The notes: a model not told the origin generated them from the letters alone. DNA of 64,000 nucleotides from an uncultured Acidobacteriota bacterium (GCA_963796275.1 CAWCKY010000002.1:352001-416000); one strand, 5' to 3'; positions 40,413 to 51,932 are shown, counted from the stretch's first letter. A program made the numbers and translations.

Positions 40413-41933
40413 TTAGTCGTCGGCTCGCACCCAACCGTAAGCGGCGTTACTTCGTTCGCCACCAGTTTCGAGATAAGCCGTCTTCAACTTTTCCAGCGCG
40501 TCCGCCGGCAGTGCGCTCCGTTTAGCTTTGACATCAATGCCGTATATCTTCGCGGCATTGAGGCCGAATATCTTGGCCTTGTCTTCTTTGGTGATCTTTT
40601 TGTAGCCGAACTTCTCGCACAGTTCGTCCGAAATCTGGAAGCGCTTAAAGGCTTCGATCGCCCATTGAGGCGATCCCCACCACAGGCAATCGGTGCCCCA
40701 GAGAACGTTGTCTGCCCCATAATACTTGATATTCCGGGCCATCCCGTGCTGGCACATCAACGGATCAATCACCGCCAGTATATTGAAGAAACTGCCGACC
40801 TCGCAGTAGACATTCTTCATCTGTGGGTTGCGCTTCTTGATGTCCATCAAAACGCTGTGCCACTCGAAATCGCCCGTGGCCGGATCGAATTTGTTGTTCT
40901 CTTTCCAGTTCGGTTCGTTTGGCCCGTGCTTGATCGCCGAGTGATAGACGATGAAGTTGAAATCCGGATTGCGCAGAGCGGCCTTCTCGATGTCTTTCGG
41001 ATTGGCCAGATGACCGAGCGTGCGCGATTGATACGAGTATCCTTTATGCACGCTGATGTTGCGCAGCCCGCGCTTGCGCGACTCCTCGATGAAGTATTGC
41101 GCATTGTCATCATCGCATTGGAACCCGCCGCCTGACTGCCCCGGATCAGTGTGGCAGTACCACTTCCACGAGCCGATGCCATACATCTTGATCTCGCGCT
41201 CCATCTGCTCGATAAGTTCTGCCCGGTCGATCTTGTTGGCCGCCTTATCCCAGTAATGGTTCGGTGCGAGGTTTCCCTGGTTGAGCGCGCGCTGCGAGCC
41301 GGCCAGCACGTTCAACTCTTTCCTGGCCTCGGCCATATACCAGCTGGGCAATACCCGGTTGAAGCCTCCAGGCGTACGAGCCGCTCCTTCGAGAATTTTG
41401 CCATCCTTGTCGCGGTTGATCTCCTTGCCGGGCACGCCGGAAATTACGACCATCGCCGTCTCGCTGTCGAAAAATATTTCCTTGACGAAGTTTTTGTAGC
41501 TGTATGAATCGACATCCTCCTTCAGACTGAAGCCCATGTTCTTAACGAACTCCATCGTGCGGAAGCCGGGGATAGCCACCCCGTTGGTGAAGTGCGACTG
41601 TACGTCAATGACGAAGTATTCGCCTTTGGGCCACTTCTCGTCGATGGCGGCAGCCTCCCAAGTCTCAGCTTCGTCTACCTCCCAACAACTGCCGTAGACC
41701 TTGTTCGAAGCCAGAAAACAGGTCGCCAGCCCCATCGACGTTCGCATGAAATCTCTCCGCTTCATCCCGAGCTTATGCGCGCGGGTTTCTGACAGATCGC
41801 CGATCAAATGCTCGACCTGCTTCTGCGCCTCGGTCTGCGGGCGCGGCGTGAACTCCTCGTTGGAGACCACCTGTGTCGGTATGGGCGAGTCCACGCCCTT
41901 CTTCAAATCACGTAATGCTTTACGAATCCACAT
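40413..41933 (-). CDS. Amidohydrolase family protein
   Basis: [36 protein letters not shown]; internal RRDFM motif. Confidence 0.85.
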   Translation of the reverse strand: MWIRKALRDLKKGVDSPIPTQVVSNEEFTPRPQTEAQKQVEHLIGDLSETRAHKLGMKRRDFMRTSMGLATCFLASNKVYGSCWEVDEAETWEAAAIDEKWPKGEYFVIDVQSHFTNGVAIPGFRTMEFVKNMGFSLKEDVDSYSYKNFVKEIFFDSETAMVVISGVPGKEINRDKDGKILEGAARTPGGFNRVLPSWYMAEARKELNVLAGSQRALNQGNLAPNHYWDKAANKIDRAELIEQMEREIKMYGIGSWKWYCHTDPGQSGGGFQCDDDNAQYFIEESRKRGLRNISVHKGYSYQSRTLGHLANPKDIEKAALRNPDFNFIVYHSAIKHGPNEPNWKENNKFDPATGDFEWHSVLMDIKKRNPQMKNVYCEVGSFFNILAVIDPLMCQHGMARNIKYYGADNVLWGTDCLWWGSPQWAIEAFKRFQISDELCEKFGYKKITKEDKAKIFGLNAAKIYGIDVKAKRSALPADALEKLKTAYLETGGERSNAAYGWVRADD

Positions 41934-41966
41934 TGGGTTAGCTCCTTTTCAAAAAGTATTCCGCTG

Positions 41967-42470
41967 CTATCGCGGCGACGGCGTCGCGCGCTTGCGCAGA
42001 ATCTCCTGGGCGGTCTTAATCTCGCCGAGCAACTCGCCCGACTTTATCCGCTCACGCAGAATTTCGAAGAAGATTCGCTGTTGCTCCGGGGTTAATTGGC
42101 TCTTGGCCCAATCCCACCGCTGGAAGATTGTAGTTTGCGTGGCACGGTTATCGTCAAGTATCTCTTTCTGCTTCGCCTCGATCGCCTTCCAGTCGATCTG
42201 AGGTTGTGCGATCAACTCAACGATCTCAACCCACTTCGTCGCATAATCTTGCTGCGACTCGGTTATTCGCCTGATCAAATCGAAGTAGCGCTCATAGAGC
42301 ACGCGTTTCTGCTCGTCGGTGAGGTTGAGACGATTATAAACCGCGAAGGTATTCGACTTGTTATCCGAAGCCGATTTCGCGGAAGAGAGGCTGTAGGTGA
42401 CAGCACCTATGGCCGCCACGTTGAATGTCACGGAGATCACGAAAGCAATCTGAAAGATTTTCTGTTTCAT
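41967..42470 (-). CDS. Spy/CpxP-like periplasmic (heavy-metal sensor-like) protein
   Basis: N-terminal anchor with SVTFN; LNLTDEQK and LTPEQQ (LTXXQ motifs); ATGA overlap with the anti-sigma gene. Confidence 0.8.
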   Translation of the reverse strand: MKQKIFQIAFVISVTFNVAAIGAVTYSLSSAKSASDNKSNTFAVYNRLNLTDEQKRVLYERYFDLIRRITESQQDYATKWVEIVELIAQPQIDWKAIEAKQKEILDDNRATQTTIFQRWDWAKSQLTPEQQRIFFEILRERIKSGELLGEIKTAQEILRKRATPSPR

Positions 42471-42997
42471 TGTCGGTCTCCAGAATTCGGGCGAGTTTGA
42501 TCGGGCGCGCCGATCTTTGCCCCGTGCATCAATTGCATCATCTCCTGCTCGACCGGCATCATCTCCAAAACTGCCATCGGATCGAGTTGTCCGGTCGATG
42601 ATGAATTCGCCAAAAGACCGGTTACAACCCGGCCTGATTGGATGCCGCCCAATGTCGCCAGGATAATCCCAGCGATAATAGCGACACGGACCGGGAAACT
42701 GAATGTCATCAGCCATTGCCAGAGGAGCGAGGAGCGTACCGAGTATCCGGCAATGGCAGCGCACGCCGATTCAGTCTGCGCCAGATTCACCACGCGTTTG
42801 AGAAATCCGGACGGAACGGGCTCATCGAAATCGGTCGTCACATCGCGCACGAAATCGTCAAAGGCACGCTCGCGCGCCAGTTCCGCCCGGCAGGCAAGGC
42901 ATCCCAGCAAATGCCCGTCAACTAGCTTTCTCGCCTCCACCTCTAGTTCCCCGGCGAGATAGGCGGCAAGTTGATCTTTAACGTTAGTGCAATTCAT
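42467..42997 (-). CDS. Zinc-finger (zf-HC2) anti-sigma factor
   Basis: MNC...YLAGEL...HLLGCLAC (HxxxCxxC) and one TM segment. Confidence 0.88.
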   Translation of the reverse strand: MNCTNVKDQLAAYLAGELEVEARKLVDGHLLGCLACRAELARERAFDDFVRDVTTDFDEPVPSGFLKRVVNLAQTESACAAIAGYSVRSSLLWQWLMTFSFPVRVAIIAGIILATLGGIQSGRVVTGLLANSSSTGQLDPMAVLEMMPVEQEMMQLMHGAKIGAPDQTRPNSGDRQ

Positions 42998-43023
42998 TTA
43001 TATCGTTCCTGTTATCGACCCTA

Positions 43024-43051
43024 TAGACAACTGTGAGGGCAAAACCCTGCG
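43024..43051 (-). promoter_or_regulatory. Candidate ECF-sigma promoter between the sigma and anti-sigma genes
   Basis: Minus strand CGCAGG-N17-GTCTA immediately after the sigma stop codon. Confidence 0.4.
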
Positions 43052-43052
43052 C

Positions 43053-43637
43053 TCATTTCGAAATATTTTGTCGGTGGGCGGACAATTCTCCACGCAGCGT
43101 GCGCCGCGCGCGGACCATCAGGGACTCCACGGCCTTGACCGAGAGGTTGAGACAGTGGGCCGCATCGGCATAACTCAACTCCTCGAAACAGCAGAGGATA
43201 AAGGCCATCCGCTGCCTCGGGGGAAGCTTGAGGACAGCGCGGAATATGGCACGTCTCTGTTCACGAAGTTCAAATGCGCGCGCCGGGTCATCGCCCGCGG
43301 GGATTTCAAACGGCGGATCGTCGAAATAATCCGGCCGTTTCTTCTTCAAATGGTTGAGACAGAGGTTGGTCAGGATCCGGAAGAACCATGTCTTGAATCT
43401 CGCATCCGAGCGGAATTGATGAGCGTTACGATATACTTGCAGGAAGGCCTCCTGCGCCATATCTTCGGCCTCGTGCTCATCACCGACGAAGCGCCGGGCC
43501 GCCCTCAACGCTGACTTCTGATAACGGCCGGCGAGAGCTTCAAACGCGTCGATGTCTCCCCGCTTGATAAGCGTGAGGAGTTGTTCGTCGGAAAAATCTA
43601 CATCAGTTGTCTGGCGCGTCGAAATCCCATCGGCCAT
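43053..43637 (-). CDS. ECF RNA polymerase sigma factor
   Basis: GDIDAFEAL, AEDMAQEAF, FKTWFFRI, LPPRQR, LSYADAA, SVKAVESLMVRAR. Start approximate. Confidence 0.92.
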   Translation of the reverse strand: MADGISTRQTTDVDFSDEQLLTLIKRGDIDAFEALAGRYQKSALRAARRFVGDEHEAEDMAQEAFLQVYRNAHQFRSDARFKTWFFRILTNLCLNHLKKKRPDYFDDPPFEIPAGDDPARAFELREQRRAIFRAVLKLPPRQRMAFILCCFEELSYADAAHCLNLSVKAVESLMVRARRTLRGELSAHRQNISK

Positions 43638-43759
43638 CGTGACGACCCCGTTCAGTGAACGAATTTCTATTCGGAACAGTGTAGCAATCCATACTAATGG
43701 CGGATTGCATATGTTCGTCTGAAAAAGCCCGCTGAAGTTGTTTGTAACATCGCTCTTTA

Positions 43760-46180
43760 TTATTTCCTGCTCGTGATTTTGAGCGTCTTCAAATTGGGAT
43801 CGGTCTTGATCTCTTGTTCCGTGAATAGAATGCGCCGCCACTTTTTGACGGAAAAGAGTTCCGTCTGATCGGAGTATAGCGGCGAAGCGGGATCGCCCGC
43901 TTGCGAATAGGTCAGGAAAGCCTGCCCGCGCGGGCCCTGCGCCGTATACTCCAGCGCCATCACGAAGCTGCTGCCGCGATTGATCGGATAACCGTCTTTC
44001 GTCAGGAATCGGCTACCCTTAACTCGCTCAAACGCGGGATCCGGTTCGAGCGTCGTTCCATTGGGGACATAGTTTACAAAATTAGCGATCCCGTCGTACG
44101 TGCTTTCACCACCGTGGATCGGGATGCGCCGGCCGCCGCGATCGCTGAATTGCACCTTGCCGAGCGGCGCATCGAGCGCGATGCCGGCTCCTTCCAGCAG
44201 TCGCACGGCGCGCGCCAGTTTTCTCAGGGACTCCGGCTCGCCCGGTTTGTCCGGCGTCAATGTATGCGGCGTGCCCACCGGATCGGCCGGATCGAATACG
44301 TGCTGAAAGAACGCGCCTTCCTTCTGCAATTCGGCGGACTGGTATTGCGTGATGAATTCGCGCCAGAGCACCGCGCCGGCGCGGTCGACCTCATAGCGAC
44401 CATCCCACGACGCGAGAATCCGGCAAGCCGGGCGCAGATCCACTGCCCGCCCATCGACCGTGACGGACGGCGTAGCCTCACAGCGTTCGACCAGTTGGTC
44501 GCGCGCAAGTTCCGCCGACAGGCTGCGATTGCTGAGGACGGCGGCGGCGAGTTCATCTAGCGTGAACTTGCCATCTTTGCCGGCCGGGCCGTCCGGACGG
44601 ACATCGTCGAGCAACAGGACGTTCATCCGCGTGCGCAACGAGCGCGCCGTGCCTTCGGGGCCCTGCAACGGAGAGAATCCAGTCAGCAACTGGTGCGGGT
44701 TGGCTAGCCAATAGCTGTCGTTTGCGTTGAAGACGAAATCCCTTCGCTCCAGTTGCGGCATCCGTGTATAAGGGAGCACCCCGTGACGCGTCGTAGGATC
44801 ATCGGCCCATTCAAATTGAGAATCGCTGCCGTCGAGTATAACCAGTCCGCGCGCCCACGCCGTTCGAGTGAGCGGGTCGCTTTCTCTGCGTTTAAGCCAG
44901 ACCGCCAGCGCAGAGGGTCGAACATTCGGAGTAGCCGCTGTATCGGCATACCACGTGCGCCCGTCAGCGCTGGCCGCAATCGTATTGACCCATGGCATGG
45001 CATTGTATTGTGCGTGCGCCTGTTTGAACTCTTCCAGGCTGCGCGCCCGATTCATCGCCAGCCACTGCGCTTGAGTCGAAGTATTATTGGCATTGGCATC
45101 GCGGATCGTCACCGCGCGTTTGGCCGTCCAACCGAATCCGGGCAGATTGAGGACCGGCCCGTAGTGGCTGAAAAAGATGCGCCGTTCGATCTGGTTGACG
45201 GCGCCGTCCGGCTGACGTACCGCCACGCTGACGACCTTGCTCGTCATCTCGCGCTCCTTGCCATCATAGAGATAATGGGTTGGATTACCCGGCGCTAGTT
45301 CGAGCGTATAAAGCGTAAAGCGTTGGCCCGCCGATACCGTGTGAGTCCAGGCCACCGCGCGATTGAAGCCGATCGCAACGCCCGGCATGCCCAGCAGGCC
45401 AACACCGTACACATCCAGTTGGCCGGGAATGACCAGATGCTTTTCCCAGAAGCGATTGGAGCCGACCCACGGATAATGCGGATTCGCTAGCAACATGCCG
45501 CCTCCGCTCGCCGACCGCTCCGCGCCGATCGCCCAACCGTTGCTGGCCTGCTCGTAATCGGGAATACTGACCCGCTCCACCCGCGTCGTTTCGTTCTTCG
45601 GCGGCGCCGCTGTCGCAATCATATCCGCGAAATTGATGCTGGTGATGACGATGCTCTGGTTATACGCCATCAAATCTTCCGCCGTAATCGGGACGACCCA
45701 TTCCTTGCCGCGACACCAACCAGCCACACCGTTCGCGCCGACTTCGCTCAGATAACGATTATAACCGGCGACGTAGCCCTCGATCATAGCGCGCTGCTCT
45801 TCGGGCATGGATTGAATCATCGAACGCGCCAATTCATAAATGCCGAGCGCGCGAAAGGCGATGTCGCTGTTGAGATGACGATTGTTTTCACCGGAGCCGA
45901 AAAAACGCGCGCGTTCTCCTCGGGCCCTCACGACCTGATCGGCGAGCGAACAGAGATGGTCCTGCGCAAACGCGTAGCCCTCGCCGAAGCCCAGACTCCC
46001 CATGTCTTCAGCCGTAATGTGCGGAATGCCGTGGCTGGTTCGGCGAATTTCAGCCGAGTAATGCGGCTTCGATTGCGAAGCGAATTCAGCCGCTAACAAT
46101 GAGACTAACAGCGTTAAACCACATAGTAACCCGATTGCAGACCAACTCCGTCCGAACGAAGCGAATCGAAACACGCGCAT
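43760..46180 (-). CDS. Penicillin acylase family Ntn-hydrolase (PvdQ/AHL-acylase-like)
   Basis: Signal peptide; GIPHI, GYAFAQD; beta-subunit start SNGWAIG; LLANPHYPW; AWTHTVS; NANDSYWL. Confidence 0.9.
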   Translation of the reverse strand: MRVFRFASFGRSWSAIGLLCGLTLLVSLLAAEFASQSKPHYSAEIRRTSHGIPHITAEDMGSLGFGEGYAFAQDHLCSLADQVVRARGERARFFGSGENNRHLNSDIAFRALGIYELARSMIQSMPEEQRAMIEGYVAGYNRYLSEVGANGVAGWCRGKEWVVPITAEDLMAYNQSIVITSINFADMIATAAPPKNETTRVERVSIPDYEQASNGWAIGAERSASGGGMLLANPHYPWVGSNRFWEKHLVIPGQLDVYGVGLLGMPGVAIGFNRAVAWTHTVSAGQRFTLYTLELAPGNPTHYLYDGKEREMTSKVVSVAVRQPDGAVNQIERRIFFSHYGPVLNLPGFGWTAKRAVTIRDANANNTSTQAQWLAMNRARSLEEFKQAHAQYNAMPWVNTIAASADGRTWYADTAATPNVRPSALAVWLKRRESDPLTRTAWARGLVILDGSDSQFEWADDPTTRHGVLPYTRMPQLERRDFVFNANDSYWLANPHQLLTGFSPLQGPEGTARSLRTRMNVLLLDDVRPDGPAGKDGKFTLDELAAAVLSNRSLSAELARDQLVERCEATPSVTVDGRAVDLRPACRILASWDGRYEVDRAGAVLWREFITQYQSAELQKEGAFFQHVFDPADPVGTPHTLTPDKPGEPESLRKLARAVRLLEGAGIALDAPLGKVQFSDRGGRRIPIHGGESTYDGIANFVNYVPNGTTLEPDPAFERVKGSRFLTKDGYPINRGSSFVMALEYTAQGPRGQAFLTYSQAGDPASPLYSDQTELFSVKKWRRILFTEQEIKTDPNLKTLKITSRK

Positions 46181-46506
46181 GTTGCAAGCCTCCTGCGGAA
46201 GAGTGAATTGTCTCGAAGGTGCTGTGGAATATAAACTACATGAGGGATTGCGGCAATCAGTCACCTCCCGCCACTAAGTTGCTTTGCAACTATGTGGGGC
46301 GAGTCGCAGTACGTAGCAGCGGCTCATTCAATGTGATAACTGCGGCAGGCACGGTCCAGGGAATCAGGCGCCTCTTCCTCGCAAAATAGATTTAATCAAC
46401 GCATCATCGTTTTTTTACCACTGTCAGCCCTGCATATCTCGTGCGCCATAGACAGATGTGACACTTTGATTTACAACTTAAACACATTTTTCCCGGAGGC
46501 AATCTG

Positions 46507-49458
46507 ATGTTCGCAATTCGATTTCTGCTGATCGCTTGGCTGGCGGCGCTCTGTTTTCTGCCCGCACCTGGCCAGGCCGATAAACAGGCGCTGGATGTGC
46601 GCGTGATGAGCTATAACATCCGCTATGGCACCGCACAGGACGGCGAAAACCATTGGGACAAACGCAAAGAGTTCCTGGTCGAGACGATTCGGGCATTCGG
46701 TCCTGATCTGCTGGGAACACAGGAGACACTCGGATTTCAGCGCGATTATCTGGCAGAGAAGCTGGCCGGGTATGAAGCTCTGGGCGTGGGGCGCGACGAC
46801 GGCGGCGCAACTGGCGAGATGACGGCGCTCTATTACAAAAGCGAACGGTTTGAGAAACTCGACGGCGGGCATTTCTGGTTGAGCGAGACGCCCGACAAGC
46901 CCGGCAGCAAAAGCTGGGATACGTCGTTGACGCGGATGGCGACCTGGGTCAAGTTGCGCGATCGACGCCAGCCGAATGCCAAGCCGCTGGTCTTTTTCAA
47001 CACGCACTTCGATCATCGCGGCCAGCAGGCGCGGCTGGAATCTGCCCGTCTATTGCGTCGTCGCGTCGCCGAGCTCTCTGCGCAATGCCGCGTCATCGTC
47101 ACGGGAGATTTCAACGCCGGGGAAGACAGCCCGCCGTACCGCGCGTTGTTTGGCGCGGAGGGCGATCTCGCCTCCCCGGTGCGCGACGCATATCGTCTTC
47201 AGCATCCTGAGCGGACGGCCGACGTGGGGACCTTTTCCAATTTCAAAGCCGGCTCGGTCAGCGGCCCGCGCATCGATTGGATCGGCGTTTCGGCGGAATG
47301 GCAGGTATTGGCAGCATCGATTGACCGCACCGAACGTGGTGGGCGGACCCCATCGGATCATTTTGCGGTGACGGCGATCCTGCGGCCAGACAATGCGTCT
47401 GCCGGCAGAAAAACCGCATCATCGTCAAATCTCTCCGGCCAGCCCGGGACCGATGCCCAAACGCCGGCGGAGCAGATGGCCGCCGATTACTTTCGCCGGC
47501 AGACGGCGCGCATCGCGGGGCGCCCGCTGGCCGACGTCCACACCCTGGCCGATTGGCAGGACAGGCGCGAAACCTATCGCCGGCAACTCTTCGAAATGCT
47601 CGGCCTGTCGCCGCTGCCGCCCAGGGGCGATTTGAAAGCCACACTTGTTGGCAAGGTCGATGCAGAAAAGTTCACCGTCGAAAAAATTCATTTCCAATCG
47701 CTGCCCGGACTTTATGTAACGGCCAATCTTTACCTGCCCAAAACGTTAAATGGCCCCGCCCCGACAGTTCTTTACCTGTGTGGTCATTTGCGGACGGTGA
47801 AGGGTGGGATCGCCTATGGAACCAAGGTTGGCTATCAACATCACCCCGCATGGCTGGCCGAGCACGGTTACGTCGCGTTGATCGTCGACACGCTGGAGAT
47901 GGGCGAGATCGAAGGCGAACATCACGGTACGCACCGGCGCGACATGTGGTGGTGGCCGACCAGGGGTTACACTCCGGCGGGCGTCGAGACGTGGAACGCA
48001 ATACGCGCGCTCGATTACCTGGCGACGCGGCCCGAGGTGGACATGAAACGCATCGGCGTGACGGGCCGCAGCGGCGGCGGTGCCTATACCTGGTTCCTGG
48101 CCGCCGTGGATGATCGGCCCTCCGTGCTGATCCCCGTGGCCGGAATCACGGATATGACCAATCACGTGGTGGATGGATGTATCGAGGGCCATTGTGACTG
48201 TATGTATCAAGTCAACACCTACGGGTGGGATTTCTCCTTGCTGGCGGCGCTCGCGGCGCCCCGGCCCCTGTTGCTTTCGAACAGCGACAAGGACAGAATC
48301 TTCCCGCTCGACGGAGTACAACGCATTCATCGCGACCTGAAGCGCATCTATAAACTCTATAACGCCGACGACAAACTCGGCCTCTTGATTACTGAAGGCC
48401 CGCACAGCGACACGCAGGACTTGCAAGTCCCGGCATTTCGCTGGCTGAATCGCTGGCTGAAAAAGGATATGGACTTGCTCTCCGAGCCTGCGCTCAAACG
48501 GTTCGAGGTGGAACAACTGCAAGTCTTCACTGCCCTGCCCACCGATCAGATCAATACACGAATCCACGAAACTTTTGTTTCAAAGGCTCCACCCGCCGCG
48601 CTTCCTTCAACGCGCCAGGAATGGCAGGCCACCGCCGTCCGCTGGTCTGCGGTGTTACGCGAGAAGGTCTTCAACAACTGGCCCGCGGCCGATCCGCGCC
48701 CTGCCGTGAAAGTCGTCTCCGATTCGGCGCACAACGGCGTGCGAGCGCGCCTGCTCGAATTCCAGCCGGATGAAGCTTATCGCTTGCAATTGGCCCTCCT
48801 GACGCATTCGCGACAAACGCCGGCCAGACTCGCCGTCCACGTTCTGGATGAGGAACGGTTGCGGGAATTGGCCGCATTAGGAATGCAGTATTTCCCCTCC
48901 CTTTTCACCTCCGAATATAACAATGGAACCGTCGGGGCAACCGGGGCAATCGGGACAATCGGGACAGACGGAGCAGCATTGCTGAAGCTGGTGCAAGAGG
49001 GGACGGCCATCGCACTGGTGCTACCCCGTGGCATAGGCCCCACCGCCTGGCCGAAAAAGAGAGAGACTCACATCCGGCGGCGCTTCCTGCTGCTGGGGCA
49101 GAGCCTCGAAACTATACAGGTGTGGGATACGCGCTCAGCGCTTGCCGCCTTGCGCACGCTTCCGCAGTTGAGCAGGCTGCCGGTGTCGCTTCGCGGTTCT
49201 CGGACGATGGGAGTGGTCGCGCTCTTTGCAGCTCTATTCGAAGATAGCGTCAACCACCTGGAATTGGAGCGAATACCCGCGACGCTGGCTCATGGCCCAT
49301 CATTCCCGAATGTCTTGCGCTTTTTTGATCTGCCGCAACTCATGGCGCTTGCCTTACCACGCGATATCATCCTGACCGGCGCCGATTCCCACGACTGGGA
49401 GTGGAGTTTAAACGCCGCGAAGCTTTTGGAAGGAAAAATCGCGCTTTCACAAGAATAG
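46507..49458 (+). CDS. Fusion of an EEP (endonuclease/exonuclease/phosphatase) domain and an acetylxylan esterase-like alpha/beta hydrolase
   Basis: Signal peptide; MSYNIR, GTQE, NTHFD, TGDFN, RIDWI, PSDH; linker; LYLCGH, GRSGG nucleophile, HCDC, GPH. Confidence 0.85.
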   Translation: MFAIRFLLIAWLAALCFLPAPGQADKQALDVRVMSYNIRYGTAQDGENHWDKRKEFLVETIRAFGPDLLGTQETLGFQRDYLAEKLAGYEALGVGRDDGGATGEMTALYYKSERFEKLDGGHFWLSETPDKPGSKSWDTSLTRMATWVKLRDRRQPNAKPLVFFNTHFDHRGQQARLESARLLRRRVAELSAQCRVIVTGDFNAGEDSPPYRALFGAEGDLASPVRDAYRLQHPERTADVGTFSNFKAGSVSGPRIDWIGVSAEWQVLAASIDRTERGGRTPSDHFAVTAILRPDNASAGRKTASSSNLSGQPGTDAQTPAEQMAADYFRRQTARIAGRPLADVHTLADWQDRRETYRRQLFEMLGLSPLPPRGDLKATLVGKVDAEKFTVEKIHFQSLPGLYVTANLYLPKTLNGPAPTVLYLCGHLRTVKGGIAYGTKVGYQHHPAWLAEHGYVALIVDTLEMGEIEGEHHGTHRRDMWWWPTRGYTPAGVETWNAIRALDYLATRPEVDMKRIGVTGRSGGGAYTWFLAAVDDRPSVLIPVAGITDMTNHVVDGCIEGHCDCMYQVNTYGWDFSLLAALAAPRPLLLSNSDKDRIFPLDGVQRIHRDLKRIYKLYNADDKLGLLITEGPHSDTQDLQVPAFRWLNRWLKKDMDLLSEPALKRFEVEQLQVFTALPTDQINTRIHETFVSKAPPAALPSTRQEWQATAVRWSAVLREKVFNNWPAADPRPAVKVVSDSAHNGVRARLLEFQPDEAYRLQLALLTHSRQTPARLAVHVLDEERLRELAALGMQYFPSLFTSEYNNGTVGATGAIGTIGTDGAALLKLVQEGTAIALVLPRGIGPTAWPKKRETHIRRRFLLLGQSLETIQVWDTRSALAALRTLPQLSRLPVSLRGSRTMGVVALFAALFEDSVNHLELERIPATLAHGPSFPNVLRFFDLPQLMALALPRDIILTGADSHDWEWSLNAAKLLEGKIALSQE

Positions 49459-49597
49459 AAATCATCTAATTTATGATGCATTCCAGTAACCGGTTTGCTT
49501 GACTTCACAAGTGGTTCAACCGCCAATCCAGGCGGCTGATATACGGATGGTGCGCAGTTTATAGTCGGTACATCACCAATTTGCAGAAAGGGAGAGT

Positions 49598-50941
49598 ATG
49601 AGCTTCCAAATAACACGACGAAATTTCCTCGGAACCGTCGCAGCCGTTGGAGTAGCCAGCGGATCGATCCCCGCTCGGAATATTGATAAAAAGCCCGCGT
49701 TGCTGGGCGGTCCAGCTACGCGGACGGAGTCCTTTCCGTCCTGGCCGAAGTTCGACAACATCGAAGTGAAGGCGCTTACCGATGTTCTGCGCAGCGGCAA
49801 ATGGTTCCGCGGCAACGGTCAGCATGTGAACCGTTTCGAAGAGGCATATGCGAAATTTATGGGCGCGAAACATTGTCTGGCGACGGCCAATGGAACCAGC
49901 GCGCTGCTCGTTTCGCTGGCTGCGCTGGATATCGGGCCGGGCGATGAAGTGATCGTTCCTCCCTACACGTTTGTAGCCACCATCAACGTGATTCTGGCGC
50001 GGTACGCGCTGCCGATCTTCGTGGATACCGATCCGGAGACATTCCAGATAGACGCCCGCAGGATCGATGCGGCTATTACAGGGCGGACGGTCGCCATTAT
50101 GCCGGTGCATCTGGGCGGTGGCGCTGCGGATATGGATACGATCCTGGCTGTCGCGCGCAAACACAAGCTGCCGATCATCGAAGACGCCTGCCAATCGCAT
50201 CTGGCAGAATGGCGCGGCCGCCGCGTGGGAACACTCGGTACGGCCGGCTGTTTCAGCTTTCAGGCCAGTAAAAATCTGAACTCCGGCGAAGGCGGCGCGG
50301 TCCTCACCGACGATGAAGCTCTGCTCGAAAAATGCTTCGCATTTCATAACAACAGCCGCGGCAGAAGGACGGCGGGTTCTGACTTCTCCTACGCGGGTTC
50401 GGGTCTCAACCTGCGCCTGACTGAATTTCAGGCCGCGCTGCTGCTGGCACAGATGGCCCGGCTGGAGGCGCTGGCGAAACAGCGAGAACAGAACGCGCAG
50501 TATCTGACCGCTTTGCTGCGCGAGATTCCCGGTATCCTGCCCGCACGGACGGATGAAGGCTGCACGCGCAATGCGTATCACCTATACATGCTCCGCTATC
50601 GGAAGGAGCATTTCTCCGGTCTACCGCGCGCCACTTTTTTGAAGGCGCTGCGGGCTGAAGGCATTCCGGCATCCGGCGGTTATGCGCCGCTCAACAGAGA
50701 GCCATATCTCAAAAGCACGCTCAACTCGCGCGGTTATCAGGCCATTTACACCAAAGAACGGATCGCCAGTTGGGAGGAGCGGAATCGGTGTCCTGAGAAT
50801 GATAAGTTATGCGAAGAGGGTGTCTGGTTTACGCAGAATATGCTGCTCGGGGCGCGCCGCGATATGGAACAGATCGCCGAGGCTATCAGAAAGATTCAGA
50901 CGCATGCCGGCGGGCTAATAGCGTTGCCAGGGAGGAATTGA
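49598..50941 (+). CDS. DegT/DnrJ/EryC1/StrS PLP aminotransferase with a Tat-like leader
   Basis: RRNFL; NGTSAL; PPYTFVAT; IEDACQSH; FSFQASKNL; GEGG. Confidence 0.9.
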   Translation: MSFQITRRNFLGTVAAVGVASGSIPARNIDKKPALLGGPATRTESFPSWPKFDNIEVKALTDVLRSGKWFRGNGQHVNRFEEAYAKFMGAKHCLATANGTSALLVSLAALDIGPGDEVIVPPYTFVATINVILARYALPIFVDTDPETFQIDARRIDAAITGRTVAIMPVHLGGGAADMDTILAVARKHKLPIIEDACQSHLAEWRGRRVGTLGTAGCFSFQASKNLNSGEGGAVLTDDEALLEKCFAFHNNSRGRRTAGSDFSYAGSGLNLRLTEFQAALLLAQMARLEALAKQREQNAQYLTALLREIPGILPARTDEGCTRNAYHLYMLRYRKEHFSGLPRATFLKALRAEGIPASGGYAPLNREPYLKSTLNSRGYQAIYTKERIASWEERNRCPENDKLCEEGVWFTQNMLLGARRDMEQIAEAIRKIQTHAGGLIALPGRN

Positions 50942-51020
50942 CATTTTTCCATCGCGATCGATGCGAGATGAATTAACCGGTTTCCGCCTGATGCTTAACC
51001 GATAACGAAGAGGTTGAACG

Positions 51021-51710
51021 ATGAGCCAGTCGGCATTTGTGCTCGAAGTGATCGCCTGCACTGTGGAGGACGCAATTGAGGCGGAAAAAGGTGGCGCCAA
51101 CCGTTTAGAGGTGATCAGCCATTTTGAGCGCGGGGGATTGACGCCATCGCTGGAACTGGTGCGAGCGATGCAAACTGCCGTACGGCTTCCGCTCCGCGTT
51201 ATGCTGCGTGAGAGTGATGGTTATCAAGTTGCGGGCAATGACGAAATCTCGAGACTATGCAGCGTGGCGCGTGAATTAGCGGCCATGCGCGTTGATGGTA
51301 TAGTGCTCGGCTTTCTGCGCGACGGAAAAGCCGATATCGAATTGATAAAACTGATCCTCGACAGCGCGCCGACGTTGAAAGCCACCTTTCATCGTGCTTT
51401 CGACGAAACCAATGATAGATTTGAGACGCTCGCGGAGCTCAGCCAATGCAGTCAGATCGATCGCATACTCACCAGCGGCGGGCCGGGAGTTTGGACAGAT
51501 AAGATCGAAAGGCTTGTGCTCTATCAGCAGGCCACAGAAGGGCATCCTATCATCCTGGTCGGGGGCGGGGTTGATGTTTCAGTTATCAAAGCCGTCCGTT
51601 CAAAAACCGATCTGGCCGAGTTTCATATCGGCAGAGCCGCCCGTGTTCCGGCCGACTTCAATGGTCTGGTTCAAGCTGAACGCGTGAAAGAATTCCAGGC
51701 CTGCATTTAA
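51021..51710 (+). CDS. cutC: Copper homeostasis protein CutC
   Basis: GANRLEV, GGLTPS, VMLR, TFHRAFD, RILTSGG. Confidence 0.9.
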   Translation: MSQSAFVLEVIACTVEDAIEAEKGGANRLEVISHFERGGLTPSLELVRAMQTAVRLPLRVMLRESDGYQVAGNDEISRLCSVARELAAMRVDGIVLGFLRDGKADIELIKLILDSAPTLKATFHRAFDETNDRFETLAELSQCSQIDRILTSGGPGVWTDKIERLVLYQQATEGHPIILVGGGVDVSVIKAVRSKTDLAEFHIGRAARVPADFNGLVQAERVKEFQACI

Positions 51711-51932
51711 AGAGCTTTTCATTCGGTGTAGATGACGGCGATATACAGAGAGTATCCTGAAATAGAACTTTAACTGCTTTTGATTCGTACGCGGTATTAT
51801 CAAATTTCCTGTAATCCATCGTCAGCGGAGGTTATGTTCTGTCCACAGGTGTGGTTATGAGGTTTCATCGGAGCGTAGTCGATTTTGTACTCAGTGCCGA
51901 TTTCCCACAGCGTAACTTAAGACACGACAGAG

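Noticed and set aside
41967-42764. 265-aa version of the Spy-like protein
   Set aside because: The extension overlaps the anti-sigma gene. The ATGA-coupled start at 42470 is more plausible.
8558-51710. A single copper/metal island (CDF, SBP56, Cu monooxygenase, Spy-like protein, CutC)
   Set aside because: The genes are scattered over 43 kb among unrelated loci, and I saw no shared operator.
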